Source: a virus
Length of the DNA stretch: 22,853 nt
Strand: one strand, 5' to 3'
IMG/VR virus record: IMGVR_UViG_3300012835_000001
Span: 1 to 22,853 of that record
A program made the translations under genes and the position numbers. Positions 1 to 7,140 of the stretch are shown here, piece by piece. The notes below the pieces were generated by a model. That model worked only from the letters and a program-made list of their open reading frames with translations. It made no database searches and was not told the DNA's origin. The stretch's first letter is position 1, and each line of letters begins with the position of its first letter.

Positions 1-123
1 CCATCGCGCCCCGAGCCCGATGACGAGCCGCCTCTGGGCACTCGCGACCGGGGTACCTGAGTCGTGGATCCTGACGGGCGTGGTGCCGGTGGAGGAAGGC
101 CCTGATCCCGTTACACATCGTTA
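1..123. repeat. Terminal direct repeat, copy 1 (identical to 22731..22853)
   Basis: Compared base by base: 1..123 equals 22731..22853 (123/123). The repeat lies inside a coding frame, so it looks like a circular-assembly overlap rather than a biological repeat. Confidence 0.97.
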
Positions 124-184
124 TCCCAACCCGGTCGTCTCGATCGACTTCGCTCGTAGCGTGCGAGAGCTGGTCAGCGCATGA
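1..184 (+). CDS. XRE-family HTH repressor, C-terminal part (continuation of 22567..22853 across the circular junction; 115 aa in total)
   Basis: The frame entering from 22567 continues at base 2 (HRAPSPMTSRLWALATGVPESWILTGVVPVEEGPDPVTHRYPNPVVSIDFARSVRELVSA) to TGA 182..184. Bases 1..123 duplicate the window end. The stop overlaps the next ATG (ATGA at 181..184). Confidence 0.75.
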   Translation, partial: HRAPSPMTSRLWALATGVPESWILTGVVPVEEGPDPVTHRYPNPVVSIDFARSVRELVSA

Positions 185-567
185 CCGCCCTGAGCAGGAC
201 CGCGCGCGAGACGATCAAGTGGTCGGGTGCGACGATCGCCGGCTACACCCGCTACTACTCCGGATCCGATGAGTGGCGCGGCGATACGTGCGGCTGCGTC
301 GACGACCGATGCATCGGCTACCACCACGATGTCGATGACGAATGCGGATGCCTCGCCGCCTGGCTCGACGACATGCTCACCGAACAGCGGGTCCAGCGGA
401 TCCTCGGAGACATCGCGGTCTTGCGCGGCCGCGCGACAGCGGTGTACCCGACAGGTCTGCGCGACATTCCGCGCGACGAGCTCGTGCAGCTGCTCGACGC
501 GTTCGCGGCCGCGGTCGACGAGCATGATGCCATGCACGCGCGCATGACGGCGCGGCGCGCAGAGTAG
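181..567 (+). CDS. Hypothetical Cys/His-rich protein (128 aa), translationally coupled to the repressor
   Basis: Track ORF with high third-position GC and an ATGA overlap with the repressor stop. Carries the metal-binding-like cluster TCGCVDDRCIGYHHDVDDECGC. I recognise no family. Confidence 0.7.
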   Translation: MTALSRTARETIKWSGATIAGYTRYYSGSDEWRGDTCGCVDDRCIGYHHDVDDECGCLAAWLDDMLTEQRVQRILGDIAVLRGRATAVYPTGLRDIPRDELVQLLDAFAAAVDEHDAMHARMTARRAE

Positions 568-597
568 CGACGGCCGGACTTCTCCGCACGCCGCGCG

Positions 598-658
598 CGT
601 CATGTGACAGAGAGCGCCCGTCATATGACGCCGTCATGTGACAGACCAGTTGTCACAG
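598..658. promoter_or_regulatory. Cluster of CGTCA[T/C]RTGAC(AG) sites upstream of the first recombinase (candidate attP / recombinase or regulator binding sites)
   Basis: CGTCATGTGACAG occurs at 598..610 and 632..644. The perfect palindrome CGTCATATGACG is at 619..630, and an inverted TGTCAC at 651..656. All lie in the 175-bp non-coding gap 568..741. Confidence 0.45.
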
Positions 659-741
659 CAACCCGAAATCGTCTCGGAATAGGACTCAGGCCACCGAGAA
701 TCACCGGTGGTCAGGCATTTAAGAACAACGAGGTCCCCCCA

Positions 742-1545
742 ATGCTCATTGACGACTATCTCGCCTACCTCTCGACCGTCCGGCGCTGCAGCGCGAACAC
801 GGTCCGGCAGCGCTCCAGCTATCTCACGCGGCTCGCCGCCGAGGTTGATCTGGTGACCGCGACCGCCGTTCAGCTGCAGACCTGGATCGCCGCGCGGCCG
901 CAGTGGGCGCCGCGCACGGTGAACGCCGTCACGGCCGCGTTCCGGTCCTTCTATCGCTGGGCGCTCGAGTCGGGCGCCGTCTCTCGCGATCCGTCGACGT
1001 GGCTTCGGCCGGTGAAGCTCGTCAACCTCCCTGAAGCGCGGATCGCGTCACCCGACCAGATCGACGCCGGCCTTGCATCCGAACGCGTCGAGGTGCGAGT
1101 GCTCACGCTGCTGGGCGCCGAGGGCGGACTGCGCGTGCACGAGATCGCGAAGCTGCACGACCGCGATCGCCGCGGCGCGTGGCTCACGATCGTCGGCAAG
1201 GGCGGTCACACTCGTCGCATCCACATCTCGCCCGAGCTCGGCGCCGAGCTCGACATGCTGCGCGCCCAGCATCCCGACGCCGGATGGTACTTCCCGTCGA
1301 GAGCGTCGGGCAGCGGGCACCTGACGACCGAGACGCTGCGCAAGTGGACGCGCTGCGAGCTCGGCACGAATCCGCACTCGCTGCGCCATCGTGCGGGGAC
1401 GACGGTCTATCGAGGGACCGGGAACAACCTCCGCGTCACGCAGGTGTTCCTCGGCCACCGCTACCCGGCGACGACGGCGATCTACGTGCACGTCGAGGAC
1501 GACGACCTGGTCGCGGCATCCGCCGCTTCGCGCCTCGCGGCGTAG
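742..1545 (+). CDS. Tyrosine recombinase / integrase 1, short Xer-like (267 aa)
   Basis: Catalytic motifs GLRVHEIAK (Arg), VGKGGHTR (Lys), HSLRHRAG (His-x-x-Arg) and LGHRYPATTAIYVHV (His, Tyr). SAM-like N-terminal domain (YLAYLSTVRRCSANTV). I chose ATG 742, with GAGG 8 nt upstream, over the track GTG 604, whose extension has poor coding character and covers the repeat cluster. Confidence 0.85.
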   Translation: MLIDDYLAYLSTVRRCSANTVRQRSSYLTRLAAEVDLVTATAVQLQTWIAARPQWAPRTVNAVTAAFRSFYRWALESGAVSRDPSTWLRPVKLVNLPEARIASPDQIDAGLASERVEVRVLTLLGAEGGLRVHEIAKLHDRDRRGAWLTIVGKGGHTRRIHISPELGAELDMLRAQHPDAGWYFPSRASGSGHLTTETLRKWTRCELGTNPHSLRHRAGTTVYRGTGNNLRVTQVFLGHRYPATTAIYVHVEDDDLVAASAASRLAA

Positions 1546-1555
1546 CGGATTCTGA

Positions 1556-1587
1556 ACCGCCGGACTTTCGCTTGAAGGTCCGGCGGT
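1556..1587 (+). promoter_or_regulatory. Perfect 10-bp GC-rich stem-loop between the two recombinase genes (attenuator or RNA-processing element candidate)
   Basis: ACCGCCGGAC (1556..1565) pairs with GTCCGGCGGT (1578..1587). The loop can pair further (TTC/GAA around GCTT). No U-tract follows. Confidence 0.4.
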
Positions 1588-1607
1588 CCGGTGAGTAGGT
1601 TTCACGC

Positions 1608-2486
1608 ATGGATTGGGACGACGCGATCGCCCGCTTTGCGACGTCGCAGCGCTCGCGCGGCTACTCGCCCCGCACGGTCGACAACCGGATCGAGCTCGCC
1701 CGCCGGCTGCAGCGACTGCTCGACGACAAGCCGCTCGACCAGGTGGTCAAGCTCGACCTGCAGCAGGTGCTCGGCCGCGGCATCGCGCGCTCGTCGATGA
1801 TGCGCGAGCGCACCGACATGCAGGCGCTGTTCCGATTCCTGCACGTCGAGGGGATCATCGCCACCGACCCGGCCGCGCTCCTGGACCGCGTCAAGGGCGC
1901 CCGGCGTGGCAAGCCTCGGCCATTCACGATCGACGAGATCTCCGGAATGCTCACCTCCGGCGCCTACCGGCGCACCCGGATCATGATCGTGCTCGGCTAC
2001 TTCCACGGGCTCCGCGCGCACGAGATCGCGAAGGTGCGATCACGCGACTTCGATCTCGACGCCGGGATCCTCACCGTCGTCGGCAAGGGCGGCGTCGAGC
2101 GCGAGATCCCGATCCACTCGGTGCTGCTCGACGAGATCCCGACCATGCCGGCCGACGGGTGGTGGTTCCCCGCGCGCGGCGGCCGCGAGGGTCACATCCA
2201 CTGGAAGAGCGTCTCGGACCTGATGACGAAGGCGAAGAAACGCGCCGGCATCACTGCGCGCCGCAAGACCGGCCACTCGCTGCGCCACAGCTTCGGCACC
2301 GAGCTCGTCAAGGGTGGCGCCGATCTGCGCACGACGCAGGAGCTGCTCGGACACGCATCGCTCGCCACGACGCAGATCTACGTCGAGGTCGACCAGGACC
2401 GCATGGCCGCGGCATCCGCAGCGCTTCCTGTCCCGACGATCCCCCTACGATCCGGGCGTCGACCGCGGCAGGATGTTGTCCTATGA
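1608..2486 (+). CDS. Tyrosine recombinase / integrase 2, short Xer-like (292 aa), paralogue of integrase 1
   Basis: Catalytic motifs GLRAHEIAK, VGKGGVER, HSLRHSFG and LGHASLATTQIYVEV (full R-K-H-R-H-Y set). N-terminal core-binding domain (FATSQRSRGYSPRTV). Confidence 0.88.
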   Translation: MDWDDAIARFATSQRSRGYSPRTVDNRIELARRLQRLLDDKPLDQVVKLDLQQVLGRGIARSSMMRERTDMQALFRFLHVEGIIATDPAALLDRVKGARRGKPRPFTIDEISGMLTSGAYRRTRIMIVLGYFHGLRAHEIAKVRSRDFDLDAGILTVVGKGGVEREIPIHSVLLDEIPTMPADGWWFPARGGREGHIHWKSVSDLMTKAKKRAGITARRKTGHSLRHSFGTELVKGGADLRTTQELLGHASLATTQIYVEVDQDRMAAASAALPVPTIPLRSGRRPRQDVVL

Positions 2487-2863
2487 AACGTCACGTGACA
2501 GCTGTCGGGGGCGTCGCACTGCTCGCGGTCGCGCTGGCGGGCTGCGCGACCGGGCCATCGCTCGAGGACGTGTCCGAACGGTTCGTGATCGAGTACGCCG
2601 GCGCCGCCGGGCTGACCGATGATGCAGCTCGAATGATTCTCCCCAACCTCGACGAGATCGCGCAGAGCGCCATCGACGGCAAATGCGGTGACGAGGAATA
2701 TCGGGACTCGCTCGTCGATGTCAACGACTACGAGCTCGTCTACGCCTGGGACAGCACGTGTCTGATGTACTTCGAAGACGATATGTCGACGGCCCAGACC
2801 GAACGCGCCAAGAAGTCGATCGTCGACGAAGCCACCAGGCGGATCGAGGAGTCGGACGAGTAG
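2483..2863 (+). CDS. Secreted lipoprotein (126 aa), coupled to integrase 2; candidate superinfection-exclusion / lysogenic-conversion protein
   Basis: ATG 2483 overlaps the integrase-2 stop (ATGA). MKRHVTAVGGVALLAVALAGC is a signal peptide with the lipobox L-A-G-C. It occupies the downstream part of track ORF 1613..2863. Confidence 0.7.
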   Translation: MKRHVTAVGGVALLAVALAGCATGPSLEDVSERFVIEYAGAAGLTDDAARMILPNLDEIAQSAIDGKCGDEEYRDSLVDVNDYELVYAWDSTCLMYFEDDMSTAQTERAKKSIVDEATRRIEESDE

Positions 2864-2889
2864 CCGCCACACCCACCCACGCTGACGAC

Positions 2890-3186
2890 CTATGACATGT
2901 CGTGTGACGTGTCCTGTGACGCGCGGGCGTGGCTGGCGCCGGAGGTGTAGCCGAACACGGTGCCGAGGATGCCGATGATGCCGCCGCCCCAGCCGGTGAG
3001 GATCTGGGTGGCGTTCTCGCTGAGTCCGGGGCCGGCGCTGGAGATCGCGTCCCAGAGCACGGCGACGCAGAACAGGTTGAGCGCGGTTGCCATGCCGACG
3101 GCCAGGACGAGGGCGACGAGGGTCGCTCCCGTCTTGGCCGCGCGCGCGAGGGGGCTGCGTTGCGGTGGCAGGGTGGGTTCACTCAC
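2890..3186 (-). CDS. Holin candidate (98 aa, two hydrophobic helices)
   Basis: Membrane segments TLVALVLAVGMATALNLFCVAVLW and GWGGGIIGILGTVFGY with a charged C-terminal tail. Lies directly after the endolysin with an 8-nt overlap, and is the last gene of the - strand operon. Confidence 0.55.
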   Translation of the reverse strand: MSEPTLPPQRSPLARAAKTGATLVALVLAVGMATALNLFCVAVLWDAISSAGPGLSENATQILTGWGGGIIGILGTVFGYTSGASHARASQDTSHDMS

Positions 3187-3817
3187 CGGTGATGGTGAGG
3201 CCGTCGAGCACGCTGGCCGGCTGCGGGCCGGCGACCTGGTCGACGGTAGGGTCGCGGCGGATGAGGTCCAGCTGCAGCCCGTTGTGGATGCGCTGCGCGG
3301 TGCCGGCGCCGAAGTTGATGAGGAACCAGCGTCCGTCGACGTCGGGGTCGATCTGCAGCAGGTGGTTCATGGCGTTCTCCTCGATCGGGGTGGGTGTGGG
3401 TGTGGGGCCGGTGATCGGGCAGTCGAGAACGTGGTCGGACCAGCCGAGGTACTCGCGGCCGGTCAGCGCCATGCGGCCGGCGATCGAGGTGAGCCCGGTC
3501 TGTCCCCAGGAGGGCTGGTCGGTCGCGGCGTGGTCGCCGTCGTGCGCGCCGGCGATGAACACGTCGCCGTCGGTGTTGCCGTCGTAGCGGGTGCCGAGCC
3601 AGATCGCCGCGCCCGGGGGTGGGTTCATGTCGCCCGGGTGGCGCCCTTCGGTGGCCTCCCACGCCAGGAACGCGGTCGGAATGGCGCCGTGGGCCGTGCT
3701 GGCGCCCGCATCCGCGTATGCCTGCCACACGTAGTACCAGCAGGCGCCGTGGCGTGAGAGCGGCTCGTAGCCGAGCAGCAGGTCGTGGGCGAGCTGCCCG
3801 TCGGTCGCGGTGCCCAT
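3179..3817 (-). CDS. Endolysin, papain-like (NlpC/P60 or CHAP-type) cysteine peptidase with a C-terminal domain behind a TPTPTP linker
   Basis: Candidate nucleophile in HGACWYYVWQAY and candidate His in DVFIAGAHDGDH. Linker GPTPTPTP precedes a domain of about 70 aa. Sits between the tail fibre and the holin. Confidence 0.6.
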   Translation of the reverse strand: MGTATDGQLAHDLLLGYEPLSRHGACWYYVWQAYADAGASTAHGAIPTAFLAWEATEGRHPGDMNPPPGAAIWLGTRYDGNTDGDVFIAGAHDGDHAATDQPSWGQTGLTSIAGRMALTGREYLGWSDHVLDCPITGPTPTPTPIEENAMNHLLQIDPDVDGRWFLINFGAGTAQRIHNGLQLDLIRRDPTVDQVAGPQPASVLDGLTITGE

Positions 3818-4569
3818 CAGCGTGCCCCTTCGAGCTCGGCGACGCGATCACGCAGCTGCTGCACCTCGGCGTGCAGCTGCACGGTCTGCGCGAGCAGCAG
3901 CTGAATGTGGTCGATGCCCTCGACGCGGCCCTTCGCGTCGTGGATCACGAACCGGGCCAGGTCGGGGATCTCGGCCATGTCGTCGGCGATGTACCCGAGG
4001 ATGCGGGTGCCGTCGCCGCCGCGCAGCTCGAACTCGGACAGCGGGATGCCGAACGCGTTGACGAGCGGGCGGGCCGCGCGGATGTTCTTCTTGAATCGGC
4101 GGGCGGATGCGCCGCGGCAGAGCCGGCCGTCGTTGTTGATGTACGCGACGGTGTATCCGGCCGACGCGGGGGTGGAGTTGGGCACGTAGATGTGGCCGCC
4201 GACGTTCACGTCGCCGCCGAACACGGCCGCGGCCGCGGCGATGCTCTCGTTGGTGTTCCACCGGTTCAGGCCGCTGTTCCATCCGAACGACACCGGCCCG
4301 GTGCTCAGCGAGTCGTGGGTGTGCGCGGACGGAGGGAACGACGACGGCTTGCCCGACAGGTTCGCCCAGGTGATGCCGAGGTTCGTGCGTGCCTGCGCTG
4401 CTGTCGTGGCGCCGGTGCCGCCCTTGTTGACGGGCAGGCCGGTCGCGGGGACACCGAACGCGAGGATGTAGTCGCGGGTCTTGTTGATCTCGTCGTAGCC
4501 GAGCTTCAGCTTTGCCGTCGACGGGACCACGTCCATGCCGGCTGCGCCTGCAGCGTCACCATTCGCCAT
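3817..4569 (-). CDS. Tail fibre protein with C-terminal intramolecular-chaperone (peptidase S74-type) domain
   Basis: GGTGATTAAQARTNLG fibre motif. The SARRFKKNI motif followed by FGIPLSEFEL...GYIADDM...IDHIQLLLAQTVQLHAEVQQLRDRVAELE matches the auto-cleaving chaperone layout. Strong SD (GAGAGGAGA) upstream. Confidence 0.75.
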   Translation of the reverse strand: MANGDAAGAAGMDVVPSTAKLKLGYDEINKTRDYILAFGVPATGLPVNKGGTGATTAAQARTNLGITWANLSGKPSSFPPSAHTHDSLSTGPVSFGWNSGLNRWNTNESIAAAAAVFGGDVNVGGHIYVPNSTPASAGYTVAYINNDGRLCRGASARRFKKNIRAARPLVNAFGIPLSEFELRGGDGTRILGYIADDMAEIPDLARFVIHDAKGRVEGIDHIQLLLAQTVQLHAEVQQLRDRVAELEGAR

Positions 4570-4582
4570 CGTCGGTCTCCTC

Positions 4583-6772
4583 TCAGGGGGTGTAGGTCGC
4601 CCAGGTGACCGAGTCGGCGACGTCGGCCCAGGTCGTGTCGGCTGCGCCGGCCCACGAGTCGGCGGGGATCTCCTGCTGCCCCTTGGACGCGACCTGCATG
4701 AGCCCGGTCGCGGTGTCGAACTGGACGGATCGGACCGTGCCGACGACCTGGCCGGATCCGGGCATCGACGCCCGCGACTGCATGCCCGGGGTCGCCCGGT
4801 AGTCGGTGAGCGACGTCACGCCCTGCACGCGGCCGCGAGCGGTCATGGCCGCCAGGATCGCCGCGGCCGCGCCCGGACCCGGATACGGGGTGTCGCGGTA
4901 CTCGACGAGCAGCACCTTGCCGGCAGCGCCGGCGGTGTCGTCCTTGGTGCGCGAGATCCCGTCCGCGTCGGTCCACGTGTAGCGGACGACCACGCCCTGC
5001 GCCCACACCTGCGCATCCTCACGGCTGATCAGGTCGTCGCCGGCGGTCGCGTTGCCGGCGGTGAGCACGACGCTGCCATCGACGGTGTAGTCGGGCTTCA
5101 CGAGCCGCCAGACACGCAGCTCGTCGCAGAACAGCCGCAGCCCGGCCGCGGTGACCAGCGCTTCCAGGAAGTCCCACGCGGTGGTGCCGGCGGACCAGAT
5201 CAGCGAGTCAGGGTCGATGCCGGGCTGTTTCGGCTTGCGGGTCGTGGCCGACGCGTGCGCGGGACCGAGGACCTCGTAGGTGTACTTCGAGTCGGCCGGG
5301 GTCGCACCGTCGAACCAGGTGATCGTGGTCGGGTAGACGCCCTCGTGCGCCATCCACGCCGTCGTGCGCAGCGTGTTCCCGTTCGCCCACTGCACACCGT
5401 CATCCGCATACACGAACGGGCCCAGGCGGGCGCCCACGGCGGGGATCTCAATCGTCCCCTTGACGAGCGTCCACGTGTTCACGGGCAGGTTGACGGTGGC
5501 GAGCTTGACACCGGTCTGCAGCAGCTGCCCGTCAGCGCCGAAGATCTGACAGGACAGCTTGACCTGCTTCGCCACCTGGGCGGACAGCGCCCAGCAGTAC
5601 ACCGTGTAGGTCTTGCCAGGCGTGACCGGAACGTAGGGCACGAGCGTCGCGGTCTGCCCGAACGCGCCGCCCTGACCGTTGCCGCTGTTGCCGCTGAAGG
5701 TGGTCAGCGTCGCCGTGGTGAGGTCCGCGGCCGCGGGGATCGACCCGGCCGCCCAGCCGGTCTCACGCGACAGGTTGCCGTTGGATCCGCCGGCGATCCA
5801 GTTGCCGACGATCGAGCGCACCGCCGGGTTCGGGAACAGCTGCGTCAACTCCCACACCGGCGTCACGTCCGCGTCGTCGGTCGGCATCGTGTTGTCGATG
5901 ATCGCGACGTCATCCCAGCGCAAGGCATTCGCTGTGCCAGATCCAGAGGTGGTGCCCTGGACCCGGATGTTGTGCTGCGTCGACGTCGCCGTGAAACCCT
6001 TCGTCAGCATGACGTACCCGTCGTCCTTGCTGACAGTGCGCGATGATCCCGCGCCGATGCCGTCGACGGCGACGGCGACACCGGTGACCGGGTTCGTCGC
6101 GGCCTGGGCGTAAGCGACGAGCGTGTAGGAGCGGCCGACGACGAGCCCAGTGACCAGCCGACGCACCTGGTACGACCCGCCGGCGGTCGTCGTGAACACG
6201 ACGAGGGTCTGGTTCCCCGAGCGTGCCGAGCTTGTGCCCACCCGGAACGTGGCATCCGCGGAGTTCGTCGACCAGGGGCCGACGCCGTCCTCGAACGAGT
6301 CGCTGAAGAATGCGTTGAGCGTCGCGCCGGGGATGACCTTGCTCAGCACGTAGTTGCATACCGACCGGAGTGAGCTCGCGAGACTCCAGGGACCGGTGTC
6401 GTCGACGAGGGGCGCGTAGTCCTGCAGCAGCGCCTCGTCGGATGCGAGCTCGAGCGTGACGGTGCGGTCCTCGAACTGGACGCGCCTCGATCTGACGCCG
6501 AGGTCGAATCGGCGGCCGGCGTCGGGGACCCAGACGGTGTCGCCGGCACCGTTGACGGCGAACGCGCCGGTGACGGTCGGTGCGAGCGTCGCACGCAATG
6601 GTGTGCGCGGGTCGATGTCGATCGCGGCCTCGAAGTCGTCGAGGTGCAGCACGACCGTCGACTGGGCGTACGGGGACCAGGACGAGTCGATCGTGACCGG
6701 ACCCTCGATCGCCGCCGCGCTCTCGCTGCCGAGCGTGACAGCGCAGTACGGGCGCAGCAGCTGCGTGCTCAC
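4583..6772 (-). CDS. Large tail-tip / minor tail protein with two CBM-like beta-sandwich domains (729 aa from GTG 6772; the track ORF starts at 6808)
   Basis: Located after the tape measure. Has two segments resembling carbohydrate-binding modules (FEDGVGPWSTNSADATF...RWDDVAII and NPAVRSIVGNWIAGG...NTWTLVKGTIEIP) and a hub-like C-terminal region. GTG 6772 gives a GTGA overlap with the upstream stop. Confidence 0.7.
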   Translation of the reverse strand: MSTQLLRPYCAVTLGSESAAAIEGPVTIDSSWSPYAQSTVVLHLDDFEAAIDIDPRTPLRATLAPTVTGAFAVNGAGDTVWVPDAGRRFDLGVRSRRVQFEDRTVTLELASDEALLQDYAPLVDDTGPWSLASSLRSVCNYVLSKVIPGATLNAFFSDSFEDGVGPWSTNSADATFRVGTSSARSGNQTLVVFTTTAGGSYQVRRLVTGLVVGRSYTLVAYAQAATNPVTGVAVAVDGIGAGSSRTVSKDDGYVMLTKGFTATSTQHNIRVQGTTSGSGTANALRWDDVAIIDNTMPTDDADVTPVWELTQLFPNPAVRSIVGNWIAGGSNGNLSRETGWAAGSIPAAADLTTATLTTFSGNSGNGQGGAFGQTATLVPYVPVTPGKTYTVYCWALSAQVAKQVKLSCQIFGADGQLLQTGVKLATVNLPVNTWTLVKGTIEIPAVGARLGPFVYADDGVQWANGNTLRTTAWMAHEGVYPTTITWFDGATPADSKYTYEVLGPAHASATTRKPKQPGIDPDSLIWSAGTTAWDFLEALVTAAGLRLFCDELRVWRLVKPDYTVDGSVVLTAGNATAGDDLISREDAQVWAQGVVVRYTWTDADGISRTKDDTAGAAGKVLLVEYRDTPYPGPGAAAAILAAMTARGRVQGVTSLTDYRATPGMQSRASMPGSGQVVGTVRSVQFDTATGLMQVASKGQQEIPADSWAGAADTTWADVADSVTWATYTP

Positions 6773-7140
6773 GGCACGATCTCCTGGAAGTCGACGTACA
6801 CGAGCCACAGGTGCCGGGTCTCGGGGTCCAGCTGGTAGGTCGCGCTGCCTCGGTCAGCGATGACGTAGGTCATCGACACGGTCGAGCTCTCGTCGGAGAC
6901 GAGCGAGAACGACGCCGGCGCGGCGTGCAGGTTCACACACGTCGCGGCGGATCCCTCGTCAACGAAATACAGCTGCAGGCGACCCTTGCGGGGTGCTGCG
7001 GCGACGAGCGCGGTCGCGATCGTGCCGTCGAGCAGCTCGTGCACGATGTTCCGCGACTGTCGGGCGGGCGCCCACGCCTGATGGATGAGCTCGGGGCTCA
7101 TCTGCCGGCCGGAGCCGTCGAGAATCGTGATCGTGTTCAT
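6769..7140 (-). CDS. Small tail protein (123 aa), in the distal-tail position after the tape measure
   Basis: Track ORF with 4-nt overlaps on both sides. The function is inferred from position only. Confidence 0.5.
   Translation of the reverse strand: MNTITILDGSGRQMSPELIHQAWAPARQSRNIVHELLDGTIATALVAAAPRKGRLQLYFVDEGSAATCVNLHAAPASFSLVSDESSTVSMTYVIADRGSATYQLDPETRHLWLVYVDFQEIVP

Noticed and set aside
604-741. N-terminal extension of integrase 1 from GTG 604
   Set aside because: The extension covers the repeat and palindrome cluster, has poor codon character, and adds nothing to the recombinase fold. ATG 742 has a GAGG SD at proper spacing.
2917-2925. Inverted copy of CGCGCGTCA (left flank of the 598 site) beyond the lipoprotein gene, hinting at an invertible int-int-lipoprotein segment
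   Set aside because: This is a 9-mer dominated by CG repeats in a GC-rich genome, which is well within chance expectation. It lies inside the holin coding sequence.
4535-6046. Long + strand ORFs opposite the structural genes (4535..6046, 10265..11791, 13948..15546, 3619..4608, 20208..21272 and many shorter ones)
   Set aside because: Their products are Arg/Gly/Pro/Ala-rich low-complexity sequences, typical of non-coding frames in ~70% GC DNA. Each lies antisense to a - strand gene with clear family motifs and high GC3.
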